The notes under the pieces: generated by a model
What the model was told of the DNA's origin: nothing
What the model saw: only the letters and a program-made list of their open reading frames with translations
Databases searched by the model: none
Made by a program: the position numbers and the translations under genes
Part shown: piece after piece, positions 28,401 to 38,363 of the stretch
How the letters are laid out: each line of letters starts with the position of its first letter
Position numbering within the stretch: the first letter of the stretch is position 1
Source of the DNA: a virus
Lineage: Duplodnaviria > Caudoviricetes
Reading direction: 5' to 3' (one strand)
DNA length: 64,000 nucleotides
Virus record (IMG/VR): IMGVR_UViG_3300035208_002115

Positions 28401-28420
28401 TTCTATTATTTTTAATAAAA

Positions 28421-28687
28421 ATGGGACACGACATTACATTACAAACGACCAACGGAAAGAAATTTCTTTATTGGATAAGATTCGGATGTGATGTATATCC
28501 AGACCTTTATAAAATAATGGGTGTTGAAAGAGAATGTGGTGAAGTTGATTTTACCAGAGAACAGATAGAATCTTTCATAAACGTTTTTAAAAAGGATGAA
28601 GAAAAATACTGGCAAGAACTTGAAATGCTGTCTAAAGCTGAAGGGTTCTATAACAAAGAAGGAATAATAACAATAATATTTGAATAA
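28421..28687 (+). CDS. Hypothetical protein
   Basis: ORF track. Confidence 0.7.
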   Translation: MGHDITLQTTNGKKFLYWIRFGCDVYPDLYKIMGVERECGEVDFTREQIESFINVFKKDEEKYWQELEMLSKAEGFYNKEGIITIIFE

Positions 28688-28914
28688 TGGGAAAACTGAA
28701 AAATATAAATCATTGGATTGCTGAACTTAGGTCGATAGCTTATAAAACTGAATTGTATGACATTGATGATGACGAAGTTCACATAATACCAGATTTTAGC
28801 AAGAAAATATTGTTCTCTAAAGAACGATTTAAAGATGCTTTTGAACGTGGTCTTATACCCCAAGAAGCTTTCGATGAAGAAATGGAAGCTTGGGCTGATG
28901 CACAATTAACTTAA
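28687..28914 (+). CDS. Hypothetical protein
   Basis: ORF track; coupled start/stop. Confidence 0.7.
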   Translation: MGKLKNINHWIAELRSIAYKTELYDIDDDEVHIIPDFSKKILFSKERFKDAFERGLIPQEAFDEEMEAWADAQLT

Positions 28915-28924
28915 TAGGGTATAT

Positions 28925-29095
28925 ATGGAAACATTTATAAGAAGATTTTTTACTATATTAGTATTCATTGTAGTTTTAATTAGCCCGATTATAGCTATTG
29001 AATCGATTTTATATTTTTTTAGATTTACTTTCACTGGTGTAAGTTTTCCTAAAGACCCGTATAGTTTTGTTTTATTAAAAAGAATGTGGAAATAA
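28925..29095 (+). CDS. 56-aa membrane protein (not in ORF track)
   Basis: METFIRRFFTILVFIVVLISPIIAIESILYFF...KRMWK*. Confidence 0.6.
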   Translation: METFIRRFFTILVFIVVLISPIIAIESILYFFRFTFTGVSFPKDPYSFVLLKRMWK

Positions 29096-29134
29096 TATAT
29101 TGATGTTTGGTAACCAATAAATATAAAAAAATAT

Positions 29135-29344
29135 ATGGACAGATTTAATGAATTATTACAGAAACGCAAAAACATGACCGCCAATATTTTTGAGGAAGAA
29201 GAACTCATTGAGTTGGCTAAGTCCATGAGTGAAGAACAACTAAAAGATGTTGATAAGAAATTGTTAACGTATTCCAATGATGAACGTCTCGATTCATTGA
29301 ATGCATCGTTTGACAAATTATTGGCTGCTTTAGATAAAAAATGA
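29135..29344 (+). CDS. Hypothetical helical protein
   Basis: ORF track. Confidence 0.65.
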   Translation: MDRFNELLQKRKNMTANIFEEEELIELAKSMSEEQLKDVDKKLLTYSNDERLDSLNASFDKLLAALDKK

Positions 29345-29348
29345 TATT

Positions 29349-29561
29349 ATGAAAATAACCGAATTTTTAAGAGCAGCCCAGTACAGCAGGTTAACTGTTG
29401 GGTATAGGTGGTTATTTGCGGATGGTAAAGACACATACACTGTCTGTGAAAGATTACCAAGAAAAAGAACTACAACCATACTTATTTCAAAAGCAGCAGA
29501 AGATGATGCTGTTAAATTATTAATAGAAGGTGAAGAATTATATTCAGACCTTTTAGATTAA
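29349..29561 (+). CDS. Hypothetical protein
   Basis: ORF track. Confidence 0.65.
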   Translation: MKITEFLRAAQYSRLTVGYRWLFADGKDTYTVCERLPRKRTTTILISKAAEDDAVKLLIEGEELYSDLLD

Positions 29562-29616
29562 ACTTAATTTTAATTCAAATAAACAACATAATTTTTAAAT
29601 TTTAAACAATACAAAA

Positions 29617-31371
29617 ATGAGAACAAAAGATGTTTTTATGTTTATAGTCATGGGATTCTTTCTATGGCTTGTATTTTTCTTTGGTATGCCCATTCTAAGT
29701 TACGGGTGGGTTGGTTGGCCTATTACATTAATAATTATTGGAATCCTATTTTTAGTTTTTGATGTCCGAAATGAACAATCAGAAGGGAGTTGGAGAATGT
29801 ACGCAGGTATATTTTCACTTGTTATTGGGTTATTATTTTTTGTTATTCTTCCAATTGGTTCGATGCATATTTTTAATGCCGATAATTATCGAAATCTTAT
29901 TGGCGAAGTTGAACAAAAAACATATTCCAATGATATCAGCCCTATTGACCCGACACGTATAGTTTTAATTGACTATGATGTCGCTGCCAAACTCGGTGAT
30001 AAAAAACTTTCCGATGTTGAAAATATGGCTCTCGGTAGCCAAACATCAGTTGGAAAATATACCCATCAGAAAATAGGTACTGACCTTTACTATGCTGCAC
30101 CTTTGAATCATTCTGGTTTTTTGAAATGGCGAAAACATAAACAAGGTACATGTGGATATATTCTTGTTAATGCACATAACCAAAAAGATGTTCGTCTTGT
30201 AAAAGATGTTAATGGTAAAGAATTACATTTAAAATATCAAGAAGGTGGTTGTTTTGATGATTATCTTCCACGACATATTTATAGAGCATATAGGAAATAT
30301 GACCAAGGAGATATAGAATTCGAAATTGATGATGATTTAAATCCTTGGTATGTTGTAGCATTATATGATAAAGTAATAGGTTATGGTGGTAAGCAGGTTG
30401 TGAAATGTCTTGTTATTAATCCAGAAACTGGTAAAATTGATGAATATAAACCCGAAGATGTACCAGCATGGGTAGACAGAGTTTATCCAAAAACTCTTAT
30501 GAATAAACAATTTGATTTGTGGGGTGACCTTGTACATGGTTGGTGGAATTTTAGTAATCAGGATAAAGTTAAATTAAGTCAGGAAACCCAACTTGTTTAT
30601 GGTACAGATGGTAAATGTTATTTATTCAGTGGTGTGACTTCAGTTGGGTCTGATGATGCAAGTGTTGGATTTATAATGGTGGATGCAAGAACAAAACATA
30701 CTATATTTTATCACGCCAGTGGTGCTATTGAAACAGCAGCCCAAGCATCAGCAGAAGGTAGGGTACAGGAAAAGGAATATAAATCATCACAACCTCGTCC
30801 CTATAATATTAATGGTGTATGGACATATGTAATGGCACTTAAAGATAAAGAAGGACTTATTAAAAGTATCGCTATGGTTTCTTATGCTAATTATGAAATT
30901 GTTGGTATAGGTGAAACTATACAAGATGCTATTCGAAATTATAAAGCTGCCCTTAATAATAAAGGTGATATAATGGTCGCATCAAATGAACATTCAAAAT
31001 CAACTTTAGTAGGACAGTTAGTTCGGGTAGGTTCTGATAATAAAGATGGTCAGACATATTATTATTTGGTTTTTAAAGAGTCAGCTAATATTTTATTCGT
31101 AGGTACATCAGCACTATCAAATGAACTTCCATTGACCCAAATAGGTGATGAAATTAAAATAACATTTGAAGCTGGGGAAGAAGGTGAAGTGTTTATTGAA
31201 ACCTTTGATAATCACAACCTCAACTTTGTTAAAAGTACAGAACAAGTAAAGGCTGATTCTGTTTCTGCTACCGTAGAGAAAAGAATAAATTCTGATAACC
31301 TTGACCTGAGATTGAAATCTAAAATGGAAACAATGACTCCAGAGGAAAAGGAAAAATTATTGGAAAAATAA
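29617..31371 (+). CDS. Membrane protein with 3 N-terminal TM helices and a large extracytoplasmic domain
   Basis: Hydrophobic N-terminus, then a ~500-aa beta-rich domain (VPAWVDRVYP, GVTSVGSD). Confidence 0.8.
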   Translation: MRTKDVFMFIVMGFFLWLVFFFGMPILSYGWVGWPITLIIIGILFLVFDVRNEQSEGSWRMYAGIFSLVIGLLFFVILPIGSMHIFNADNYRNLIGEVEQKTYSNDISPIDPTRIVLIDYDVAAKLGDKKLSDVENMALGSQTSVGKYTHQKIGTDLYYAAPLNHSGFLKWRKHKQGTCGYILVNAHNQKDVRLVKDVNGKELHLKYQEGGCFDDYLPRHIYRAYRKYDQGDIEFEIDDDLNPWYVVALYDKVIGYGGKQVVKCLVINPETGKIDEYKPEDVPAWVDRVYPKTLMNKQFDLWGDLVHGWWNFSNQDKVKLSQETQLVYGTDGKCYLFSGVTSVGSDDASVGFIMVDARTKHTIFYHASGAIETAAQASAEGRVQEKEYKSSQPRPYNINGVWTYVMALKDKEGLIKSIAMVSYANYEIVGIGETIQDAIRNYKAALNNKGDIMVASNEHSKSTLVGQLVRVGSDNKDGQTYYYLVFKESANILFVGTSALSNELPLTQIGDEIKITFEAGEEGEVFIETFDNHNLNFVKSTEQVKADSVSATVEKRINSDNLDLRLKSKMETMTPEEKEKLLEK

Positions 31372-31393
31372 AAATATAAAAATTTGATATTGT

Positions 31394-31422
31394 AAAAGCC
31401 ACTCGTTTTGGGTGGCTTTTTT
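31394..31422 (+). terminator. Intrinsic terminator
   Basis: aaaagccactc gtttt gggtggctttttt hairpin plus U tract. Confidence 0.8.
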
Positions 31423-31465
31423 ATTTGTTAAAATTAATATATACTGGAAAATAAAAATATTTTTC

Positions 31466-31954
31466 ATGAAACAAATATTCAAATTCCACGAATTTCTTTA
31501 TGAGAATATGGAAGCTATTTCAAGAGATGATATCAATATATTTGATACAATCGATTATTATTACAATAATATTGATACAACTAATTTCAATGAACTTTTA
31601 CAGGATTTGCAGATTTATAAAGAAGATATGACCCAAGAAGAACTTGATGGTTATCTTGAAAAATATAAACAATTACTTGCCGATGTTGTAGGTGGTAAAA
31701 TTGAAAATAAAGTTACATTCGCTAAAGGATATGGTTATTGGGATGTTACTAAATATCCATATGGGGGCGATTTTAAAAGGTTTGTGGACAATGAATCGGG
31801 TAAAGTAATAGCTGGTACTGTAAAATACCCATACGAGACAAGAGTTGCATTAGATGATGGTAGAACTATCGTTGTTAAAAATGATGCGATTACTAATATG
31901 TATAATTTTATGATGAAAGCTCTCAATAAAAAAATAGGGGTTAAACCAGTTTAA
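31466..31954 (+). CDS. Putative internal virion protein
   Basis: Start re-called at MKQIFKFHEFLYEN; AATATATA at 31436-31443. Confidence 0.7.
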   Translation: MKQIFKFHEFLYENMEAISRDDINIFDTIDYYYNNIDTTNFNELLQDLQIYKEDMTQEELDGYLEKYKQLLADVVGGKIENKVTFAKGYGYWDVTKYPYGGDFKRFVDNESGKVIAGTVKYPYETRVALDDGRTIVVKNDAITNMYNFMMKALNKKIGVKPV

Positions 31955-32352
31955 TTCTTAAATACTTTCCCAATCGGATGCACCACACCAACGGCTGGAA
32001 CTCTTAAAAAATAAGTACCACCTTTTGGTGGGTGAACTTCAACGATTGTATAACGGGTTCTAAAAACCACAGAATAATAAGTATATAAAGCTTCTGCCCA
32101 GTATCCTTTTGGCATCGGTATCTCATCATATTCAGCTAATATAGAATCATGAACATAATTAACCATAGAATCTGATTTATTATCTTTGAATAATTCTTTA
32201 AGAAGTATTTGTCGTTCGGCTTCTAATTGATTCATTTTTTTACTTCCACGTTCGGCTCTTTCCATATTCTGTAAATCAGAAAATTCATCAAGTGCTACCA
32301 CTAACTCAGCAGTCATTTCAATAAACCGTTTTTTTATTTCTTCGATGCTCAT
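31951..32352 (-). CDS. Hypothetical protein
   Basis: ORF track. Confidence 0.7.
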   Translation of the reverse strand: MSIEEIKKRFIEMTAELVVALDEFSDLQNMERAERGSKKMNQLEAERQILLKELFKDNKSDSMVNYVHDSILAEYDEIPMPKGYWAEALYTYYSVVFRTRYTIVEVHPPKGGTYFLRVPAVGVVHPIGKVFKN

Positions 32353-32353
32353 A

Positions 32354-32533
32354 TTATTCGTTATTTTGTGCGAAGTTAAACAATTCTATCAATTTCATTT
32401 CCCTAACCACATCAATAGTTACTAAATTATTGTCGATATCTTCCATCAACCTTCTATCACTTTCTAATTTAAATTCTTCCGTTTCACCCACTAATCTATA
32501 ATATTGTACTAAGTCGGTTTTACCATTTACCAT
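32354..32533 (-). CDS. 59-aa protein with RxxKL tag (not in ORF track)
   Basis: MVNGKTDLVQYY...VVREMKLIELFNFAQNNE*. Confidence 0.65.
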   Translation of the reverse strand: MVNGKTDLVQYYRLVGETEEFKLESDRRLMEDIDNNLVTIDVVREMKLIELFNFAQNNE

Positions 32534-32620
32534 TAAACCTTTAATATTTTTCTTGTATATATTAGAAAAATATATTCCCGTCCCGATTAATATATAAATA
32601 AAAATATAAACATTAAAAAA

Positions 32621-33037
32621 ATGACTGCTGAACTCTCTAATATTCTTTCAACTGCTAAAATATATGACTTGATGTTTAATACCGAGACAAAAACTGACAA
32701 TGGCTGGAAGTTATCCATCCAAGGTAAATCATTGGATGATGTTATATTTTTATATGATAGATTAAGCGATTATTTATTTGATAATAAAATACCTTTTAAA
32801 ATAGCGACCAATAAGCGAATAATTTCCAGTAATAAAGAACAGTCACAAAAGGTGATGACTATTTATGTACCAGATTACATTGATGTTTATGAATTTGCCG
32901 AAACAATATATTCTAAAATTATAGATTACAAAGGCTGGTACAATATTAAAACACCCACTAATTATGAATTTTACGCTGGCGGTGTTTATATCCGAAATGA
33001 TAGGGATGAATATGGAGATTACATCCCTGCTAAATAA
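32621..33037 (+). CDS. Stand-alone LanKC/LanL N-terminal (phosphoSer/Thr lyase)-like domain
   Basis: GWKLSIQ...IPFKIA...QSQKVMTIYVP...YIR, cf. GWKIHVS..FK..GKFITIYP. Confidence 0.5.
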   Translation: MTAELSNILSTAKIYDLMFNTETKTDNGWKLSIQGKSLDDVIFLYDRLSDYLFDNKIPFKIATNKRIISSNKEQSQKVMTIYVPDYIDVYEFAETIYSKIIDYKGWYNIKTPTNYEFYAGGVYIRNDRDEYGDYIPAK

Positions 33038-33086
33038 ACTTTTTAATTATTTCATTATATAAACATTCAAAGATTATAGTTATAAA

Positions 33087-33446
33087 ATGTTTACATCATA
33101 TCACTTTGGGCATAAAATTTATTCTAAATCAATAAAAATAAATGAGAACACAATCAAAAATTCTCCTTGGAGATTTGTCGATACAAATGAACTTATTGTT
33201 GAAAGTAAACGAAAATGTCCTAAATGTGATAAAGAACCTACATCTGAAGGACACGACCCGTGTATTGCTAATTTACCTGATGTGAAATATGCATGTTGTG
33301 GACACGGCATTCCAAATGATGCATACATTTATTTTGAATCTGGAGAAATATACAGATTTCCGACATCGGAAGAATTTCACAATTTTATAGACAAATACGA
33401 AATAAAAAAATATGGCATACTTCGACTTCCTAATAGGGGAAAATAA
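33087..33446 (+). CDS. Cys/His-rich phage protein
   Basis: CPKC...GHDPCIANLP.VKYACCGHG. Confidence 0.7.
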   Translation: MFTSYHFGHKIYSKSIKINENTIKNSPWRFVDTNELIVESKRKCPKCDKEPTSEGHDPCIANLPDVKYACCGHGIPNDAYIYFESGEIYRFPTSEEFHNFIDKYEIKKYGILRLPNRGK

Positions 33447-33762
33447 AGGAATCCCAAAACCAGACATGGAATATATTTACATGATGGATATGGTATGGAC
33501 ACCTAATGTACTTGGTGACAAGCCAATTAAGATTGGTACTATCATGGTAGATGTTATTCAACTTGAAAATCGAAGTTACGAATTTACTTGTAAAGAAACT
33601 GGTGAACGATTAAGAAGCAATTATGCTTGGTCTTTAGCTGAGAACACTCCTGAAAATGTAAAAAGAATTAAATTTTATAACAAAGAATATATTAAATTCA
33701 AAAAACACGAAAAGAAAATAAAATATTTACGTAACGATATATTTACATTAGAACCTCATTAA
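33412..33762 (+). CDS. Hypothetical protein
   Basis: ORF track. Confidence 0.65.
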   Translation: MAYFDFLIGENKGIPKPDMEYIYMMDMVWTPNVLGDKPIKIGTIMVDVIQLENRSYEFTCKETGERLRSNYAWSLAENTPENVKRIKFYNKEYIKFKKHEKKIKYLRNDIFTLEPH

Positions 33763-34256
33763 AAATTCTGTTCTTCTTTCTTTCTTTTAAATTCTTTAAG
33801 ATATTCTTCTCTACTTAATCTTTGGTCAACAAAATATGATTTACCAGAATTTTTTTCATCATCGGCTGTCCATCGATTGGATTCTTGGGTTTTAAGTTTT
33901 TCCAATTCTTCAGCGTATTGAATTTCATGTTCTTCAATCTTTTTTAGAAGACCAGATAAATAAGATTTAAATGGTGTACCGTCATCTTTATACTCGACAT
34001 TATACTCTTTATTATTGTAATAAATAATTAACATATCATCTTTTATAACCACATCAGTATAAAACATAAGAGAGCCGATATTACCTACTTTGTGTATAAG
34101 TCTATTTTTTTGAAGATGATATCTTTTTACAAACTCATCGTGAATTTCGAGTGTAGAACTCTTTTTATTTAGAACTGAACTACCTAAATCTAATTTAAAT
34201 ATATCAATAGTTCTAATTTTCCTTAACATAGTGTTATTAGAAATAATACTAAACAT
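33759..34256 (-). CDS. Hypothetical protein
   Basis: ORF track. Confidence 0.7.
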   Translation of the reverse strand: MFSIISNNTMLRKIRTIDIFKLDLGSSVLNKKSSTLEIHDEFVKRYHLQKNRLIHKVGNIGSLMFYTDVVIKDDMLIIYYNNKEYNVEYKDDGTPFKSYLSGLLKKIEEHEIQYAEELEKLKTQESNRWTADDEKNSGKSYFVDQRLSREEYLKEFKRKKEEQNF

Positions 34257-34278
34257 AATAAATTATTTGTTTTTAATA

Positions 34279-34812
34279 TTACGCAGCAGGGGTTGTTTCT
34301 TCAGCAGGTTTTTCTTCCTCTGCTGGCGGTGTTTCTTCTGCTGGAGCTTCTTCGGCTGTTGGTTCTTCTGCAAATTCAGATGATGCAGTTTCTTCACTCG
34401 TAGCTGGTTCAGCTTTAAATTTTCCTATTTCATCAATATTTGTAATCTTATCAACTATAAAATCTTCTGTTATGTCAGTTATTGGAACTTCTTCTTCATA
34501 ATTTTCTATAAGATTATTATCGGCATCATATTTTTTTAGAGTTAATACCAATTTTGTAAGTTTATCATCTTGAAACATTCCTTGGTCGATAAAGAAAATA
34601 AGTTGAAACCTATTATCATCATCTTCGAAATCTACAATTATATCTCTTGATGTTCCCTGAGATAAATTGGATTCTTCAATTTCTAATAGATTAGTGTTTT
34701 GTGATAATGAACCTTCCGAAAACCAACTTCTAAGATTTATCAATAAATCATCAAAATATCTTCTTATTATATTGTTACGTGATTGTGCAAAATCTTCAAA
34801 AAGTTTAATCAT
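34279..34812 (-). CDS. Acidic putative internal/head protein with A/E/P/T-rich tail
   Basis: Leader MIKLFEDF; tail AEEPTAEEAPAEETPPAEEE; AATATATA at 34834-34841. Confidence 0.7.
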   Translation of the reverse strand: MIKLFEDFAQSRNNIIRRYFDDLLINLRSWFSEGSLSQNTNLLEIEESNLSQGTSRDIIVDFEDDDNRFQLIFFIDQGMFQDDKLTKLVLTLKKYDADNNLIENYEEEVPITDITEDFIVDKITNIDEIGKFKAEPATSEETASSEFAEEPTAEEAPAEETPPAEEEKPAEETTPAA

Positions 34813-34863
34813 AGAATGTTTTTAGTTTTAATCTATATATTAAATACTGTTTTTAATTTTTAA

Positions 34864-35871
34864 TTATTTGGTAGTATCAGTTTTCAGTTCGGATAATATA
34901 TCATATTTTCCTTTTTTATACAAAGCTTCCCACCCAACATTTATATTCTCAATTGAATAAATAAATGTACATTTAGAACAAAAAACATTTCTCGGATGAG
35001 ATATTTTTTTAAATGAATTATAATTTTTAGAATTTATACAAACATCTTCAAAAGAATCATTTAATAAATTCCCATAAATAACTGGGTTAACATAACAACA
35101 AGGATGAACATCACCCTTATAAGTAATAAACAAATCTTTTTCTACTGAAGGACATTGTGTCAAATTATTTACTGTTGTTGCATTAGCATCAGGTATACAA
35201 ATTCCACCCACAACATCTGGTATTACAATATACAATCCAGTATTTTCATAGAGTTTTTTAATTTTATTAACTTCTTCTAAAAAATAATCATTTATAGAAT
35301 CAAGCTCTTGATGTAATTCTGCATTGTATTTATCATCTCCTTGGGCGTAATTTAAAATCATATTCATATTATTTTCTTTAAAATATGTCGCAATTTCAAA
35401 TATTCGGTGTATATTTTTTGTTTGTAATGTGAATATGCCAGTTGGTCTTCTTTTTATACTTGATAAATCTTTTACATTATTATTTATTATTGATAAATTA
35501 GCACCTCTTATCTCTTTCATTTCTTGAAAATCTGGTGAATCTATTGAAACCCATAATTGTACATCATATTCTATGAACTTTTTTATAATCGCATTATTCA
35601 CAAATGATAAATTTGTAGCAAGCGATATTTCTAATTGTGGGTAACTGATTTTTGTATATTCTAATATTTCAACGAAATCTGGGTGTATAGTACTCTCGCC
35701 TCTTGAATTAAGTCGTATAACTTTTGTATAAGGGGCTACTTTATCTAATATAGTCGCATAATCTTCACACGAAATAAATTTGGTTTTATCGACTTTACCA
35801 CCGAAACTACATATACCACATGAAAGGTTACATGTGTTGGATAATTCTATACCAATGAATTCTTTTAACAT
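34864..35871 (-). CDS. Radical SAM/SPASM domain protein
   Basis: CNLSCGIC; RGESTIHP; SIDS; C...ITYKGDVHPCC...GNL...CSKC. Confidence 0.88.
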   Translation of the reverse strand: MLKEFIGIELSNTCNLSCGICSFGGKVDKTKFISCEDYATILDKVAPYTKVIRLNSRGESTIHPDFVEILEYTKISYPQLEISLATNLSFVNNAIIKKFIEYDVQLWVSIDSPDFQEMKEIRGANLSIINNNVKDLSSIKRRPTGIFTLQTKNIHRIFEIATYFKENNMNMILNYAQGDDKYNAELHQELDSINDYFLEEVNKIKKLYENTGLYIVIPDVVGGICIPDANATTVNNLTQCPSVEKDLFITYKGDVHPCCYVNPVIYGNLLNDSFEDVCINSKNYNSFKKISHPRNVFCSKCTFIYSIENINVGWEALYKKGKYDILSELKTDTTK

Positions 35872-35877
35872 AAAAAA

Positions 35878-36894
35878 TTATTTTAAAGTTGCGTTTTCTT
35901 TTCTAACACTATGACTTATACCACATGGTTTTGTACATAAAGACATTTCTTGTCTTAAATCATTGTTATTATTCCAGAAATCAGTTAAATCACCATATTT
36001 CCTAATATAAGTTCCTATATAGGGTATTGAAAAACAAAGCCTTGCAGCACCATGCATATCAATCATTATATTTCTATCATAAGAATTACATATAGGCATT
36101 TTCGTTTTATTATCACACCACCCTTTAGTATTATTTGATTCGTTTACACTGCTATGGTACGTTTCTACAACATTCAACCATTTCGGGTTTAAATTAAGAT
36201 TATATTTTTCGTTGCATTGCTTAATTATCATAAGAAGTTCGTTATAATTTTTAATAATGTTTTCCTTATAGAATATATCATTATCTCTAATTGAATCAGT
36301 TGGAGCGAAAGTGGGTTGTAAAAAATTTAATTTTAACTTATCTGCACCAAGTTCATTCAATACTAAATCATACATAGCATCCAACTCACGATAATTGAGT
36401 TCACAAACAACAGCCATTACATAAATAGGATTTGTTTTATCTAATTTTTTTCTGGCAGCAACTAAAAGTTTTATCGCATTAATAACTAAATCATAAGAAC
36501 CTATAAACCCTCTGGAGTAATCGTGTATTTCTGGTATATGACTATTTAATGATAATGTTATTTGTGTTGCTCCATCCAAAATCATTCTTTCGGCAGACTT
36601 TTCATCTGTAATTTTTGTTCCGTTTATAACGGAAAAACATTCAAGGCCAAGTTTTCTACATTGTATTGTAATTGGAAAATATCGTTCTGGATTTAATAAA
36701 GATTCACCGCCACAAATCACCACTGTTCCATTTGGATTGAGATTTGAAAATTCTTTTATAATTAAACTTCTCTGTTCGATAGTAATGTGTGTTGGTAATA
36801 TTGTTTCTTTTCTAACCCAATATTTACAATGTTTACATTTTAAATTACATTGATAATTAATATCTAAAAAAAGAAATTGTGGTGGTTTGTACAT
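35878..36894 (-). CDS. Radical SAM/SPASM(twitch) domain protein
   Basis: CNLKCKHC; GGESLL; HDYSRG; C...IDMHG..RLC...CTKPC. Confidence 0.88.
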   Translation of the reverse strand: MYKPPQFLFLDINYQCNLKCKHCKYWVRKETILPTHITIEQRSLIIKEFSNLNPNGTVVICGGESLLNPERYFPITIQCRKLGLECFSVINGTKITDEKSAERMILDGATQITLSLNSHIPEIHDYSRGFIGSYDLVINAIKLLVAARKKLDKTNPIYVMAVVCELNYRELDAMYDLVLNELGADKLKLNFLQPTFAPTDSIRDNDIFYKENIIKNYNELLMIIKQCNEKYNLNLNPKWLNVVETYHSSVNESNNTKGWCDNKTKMPICNSYDRNIMIDMHGAARLCFSIPYIGTYIRKYGDLTDFWNNNNDLRQEMSLCTKPCGISHSVRKENATLK

Positions 36895-37026
36895 ATTTTA
36901 ATTATTAAAATTTTATTGATATACATCTATATATTCAACAAGTTTGGTTCAATAGTTAAAATGTAATAAATTTTATAAAAAATAGTTTCAATTATTTTAT
37001 ATATATGTAAAAAGAATATTAAAAAT

Positions 37027-37821
37027 ATGTCTATTATAAGCTTTTCAGAATTCAACCTTAATGAAGGTCTTACCAAAATAAAAGTTGGTGACACAATTGT
37101 GGTAACTAAAGATGATACATCGGATGAACCAAAACGTACATTAAAAGTTGGTTCTGAATATGTTGTTAAAGCACTTGATTATTTAAGTGGGTGGTTAAGA
37201 CTTGAAGGTGAAAAATATCTTCACAATCCAGACAATTTCAAAAAAGTTAAATCAGAAAAAAAAGTGAATGAAGATTCATCAACAACAGGAACTGTTGGTT
37301 CTGGAACAGCCGTTGGTGGTGGTGCAACTGGGTCATTTACATCTGCTGCTGGTGTATCAGTAAGTGGTGGTGATTCTGGTACTGCATATGCAACTAATTC
37401 TATGAAAGGTATGGGTGCTATAAAAAGCGCACAACCATCCAAAACACCGGGCGATGTTGCTGGTTCAACCGAAGGTAGTGGTGATATTGGTTCTGTTTTA
37501 GGAACATTCACCAAACAACCTGCTGGTGGTGGATATAAAAAAAGAAAGAAAAAAGGAGAAAAAGTGGAAAATCAAATAAAAAATATGTATGTCGTTAAAT
37601 TCAGTGAATTTGATGGTGTTAAAAACATAAAAGAAAATGCTTATATTCCACCTAAAAAAGTGAAATGTCAAGAATGTGGTGAAGAAGTAGAAGATGATTT
37701 TGTTACTATGTTGGGTCATGTACAGAATAAACATTGGGCGCAACCTAATGCAAGATTCGTTGATGCTGAACCAAGAGAAATGGTGAAACAATTTTTTCAT
37801 GAAATACCCGAAAAAAAATAG
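37027..37821 (+). CDS. Multi-segment putative internal virion protein (SH3-like + G/S/T-rich + Zn finger)
   Basis: Leader MSIISFSEFNLNE; internal KKVNED and VVKFSEF..IKEN; CQEC..H....H. Confidence 0.7.
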   Translation: MSIISFSEFNLNEGLTKIKVGDTIVVTKDDTSDEPKRTLKVGSEYVVKALDYLSGWLRLEGEKYLHNPDNFKKVKSEKKVNEDSSTTGTVGSGTAVGGGATGSFTSAAGVSVSGGDSGTAYATNSMKGMGAIKSAQPSKTPGDVAGSTEGSGDIGSVLGTFTKQPAGGGYKKRKKKGEKVENQIKNMYVVKFSEFDGVKNIKENAYIPPKKVKCQECGEEVEDDFVTMLGHVQNKHWAQPNARFVDAEPREMVKQFFHEIPEKK

Positions 37822-37826
37822 ATTCT

Positions 37827-38177
37827 ATGAAATATTTAATTCTATTTAATGAATCTAACGGTATTACTCAGACAAATACTACCTCATATACAGCAAGTAA
37901 GCTTATTGACAAACTAAAACGTCTTAATTATATTAATGGTAGTTTGACCCCAGAACATGGCGATAAAGGTGGATTATATACAGGGATTAAAACAGGGTAC
38001 AATATAAGAATAATATTATCTGGTGATAAAAGTGCATTGGACAGGACATTTGATATTAATGTTTCAAATAAAGATGCTTTATCAACCAAAGGGTTTAATT
38101 CTTTCGATGAAGATAGTGATGCAGTTGATATATCTTTTAAGGATATTGGGGTGATAATTAAAGATTTAAACAAATAA
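37827..38177 (+). CDS. Putative internal virion protein
   Basis: Leader MKYLILFNES. Confidence 0.7.
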   Translation: MKYLILFNESNGITQTNTTSYTASKLIDKLKRLNYINGSLTPEHGDKGGLYTGIKTGYNIRIILSGDKSALDRTFDINVSNKDALSTKGFNSFDEDSDAVDISFKDIGVIIKDLNK

Positions 38178-38347
38178 TGAAAAATATGAAAAACTGGCAA
38201 ACCTTTATTAAAGAATTTGTAAATTATAATGAAAGAGAAACTGATTTAAGTTGGATTATAGAAATATTACCCAATTTAAAAGAAGAACAAATTTATAAAA
38301 TTCGAGAATTTATGATGAACGACCTAAATTTAGAAGGAGAAGAATAA
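38177..38347 (+). CDS. 56-aa putative internal virion protein (not in ORF track)
   Basis: MKNMKNWQTFIKEFVNYNE...LEGEE*. Confidence 0.6.
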   Translation: MKNMKNWQTFIKEFVNYNERETDLSWIIEILPNLKEEQIYKIREFMMNDLNLEGEE

Positions 38348-38363
38348 AAATAAAAATATAAAA

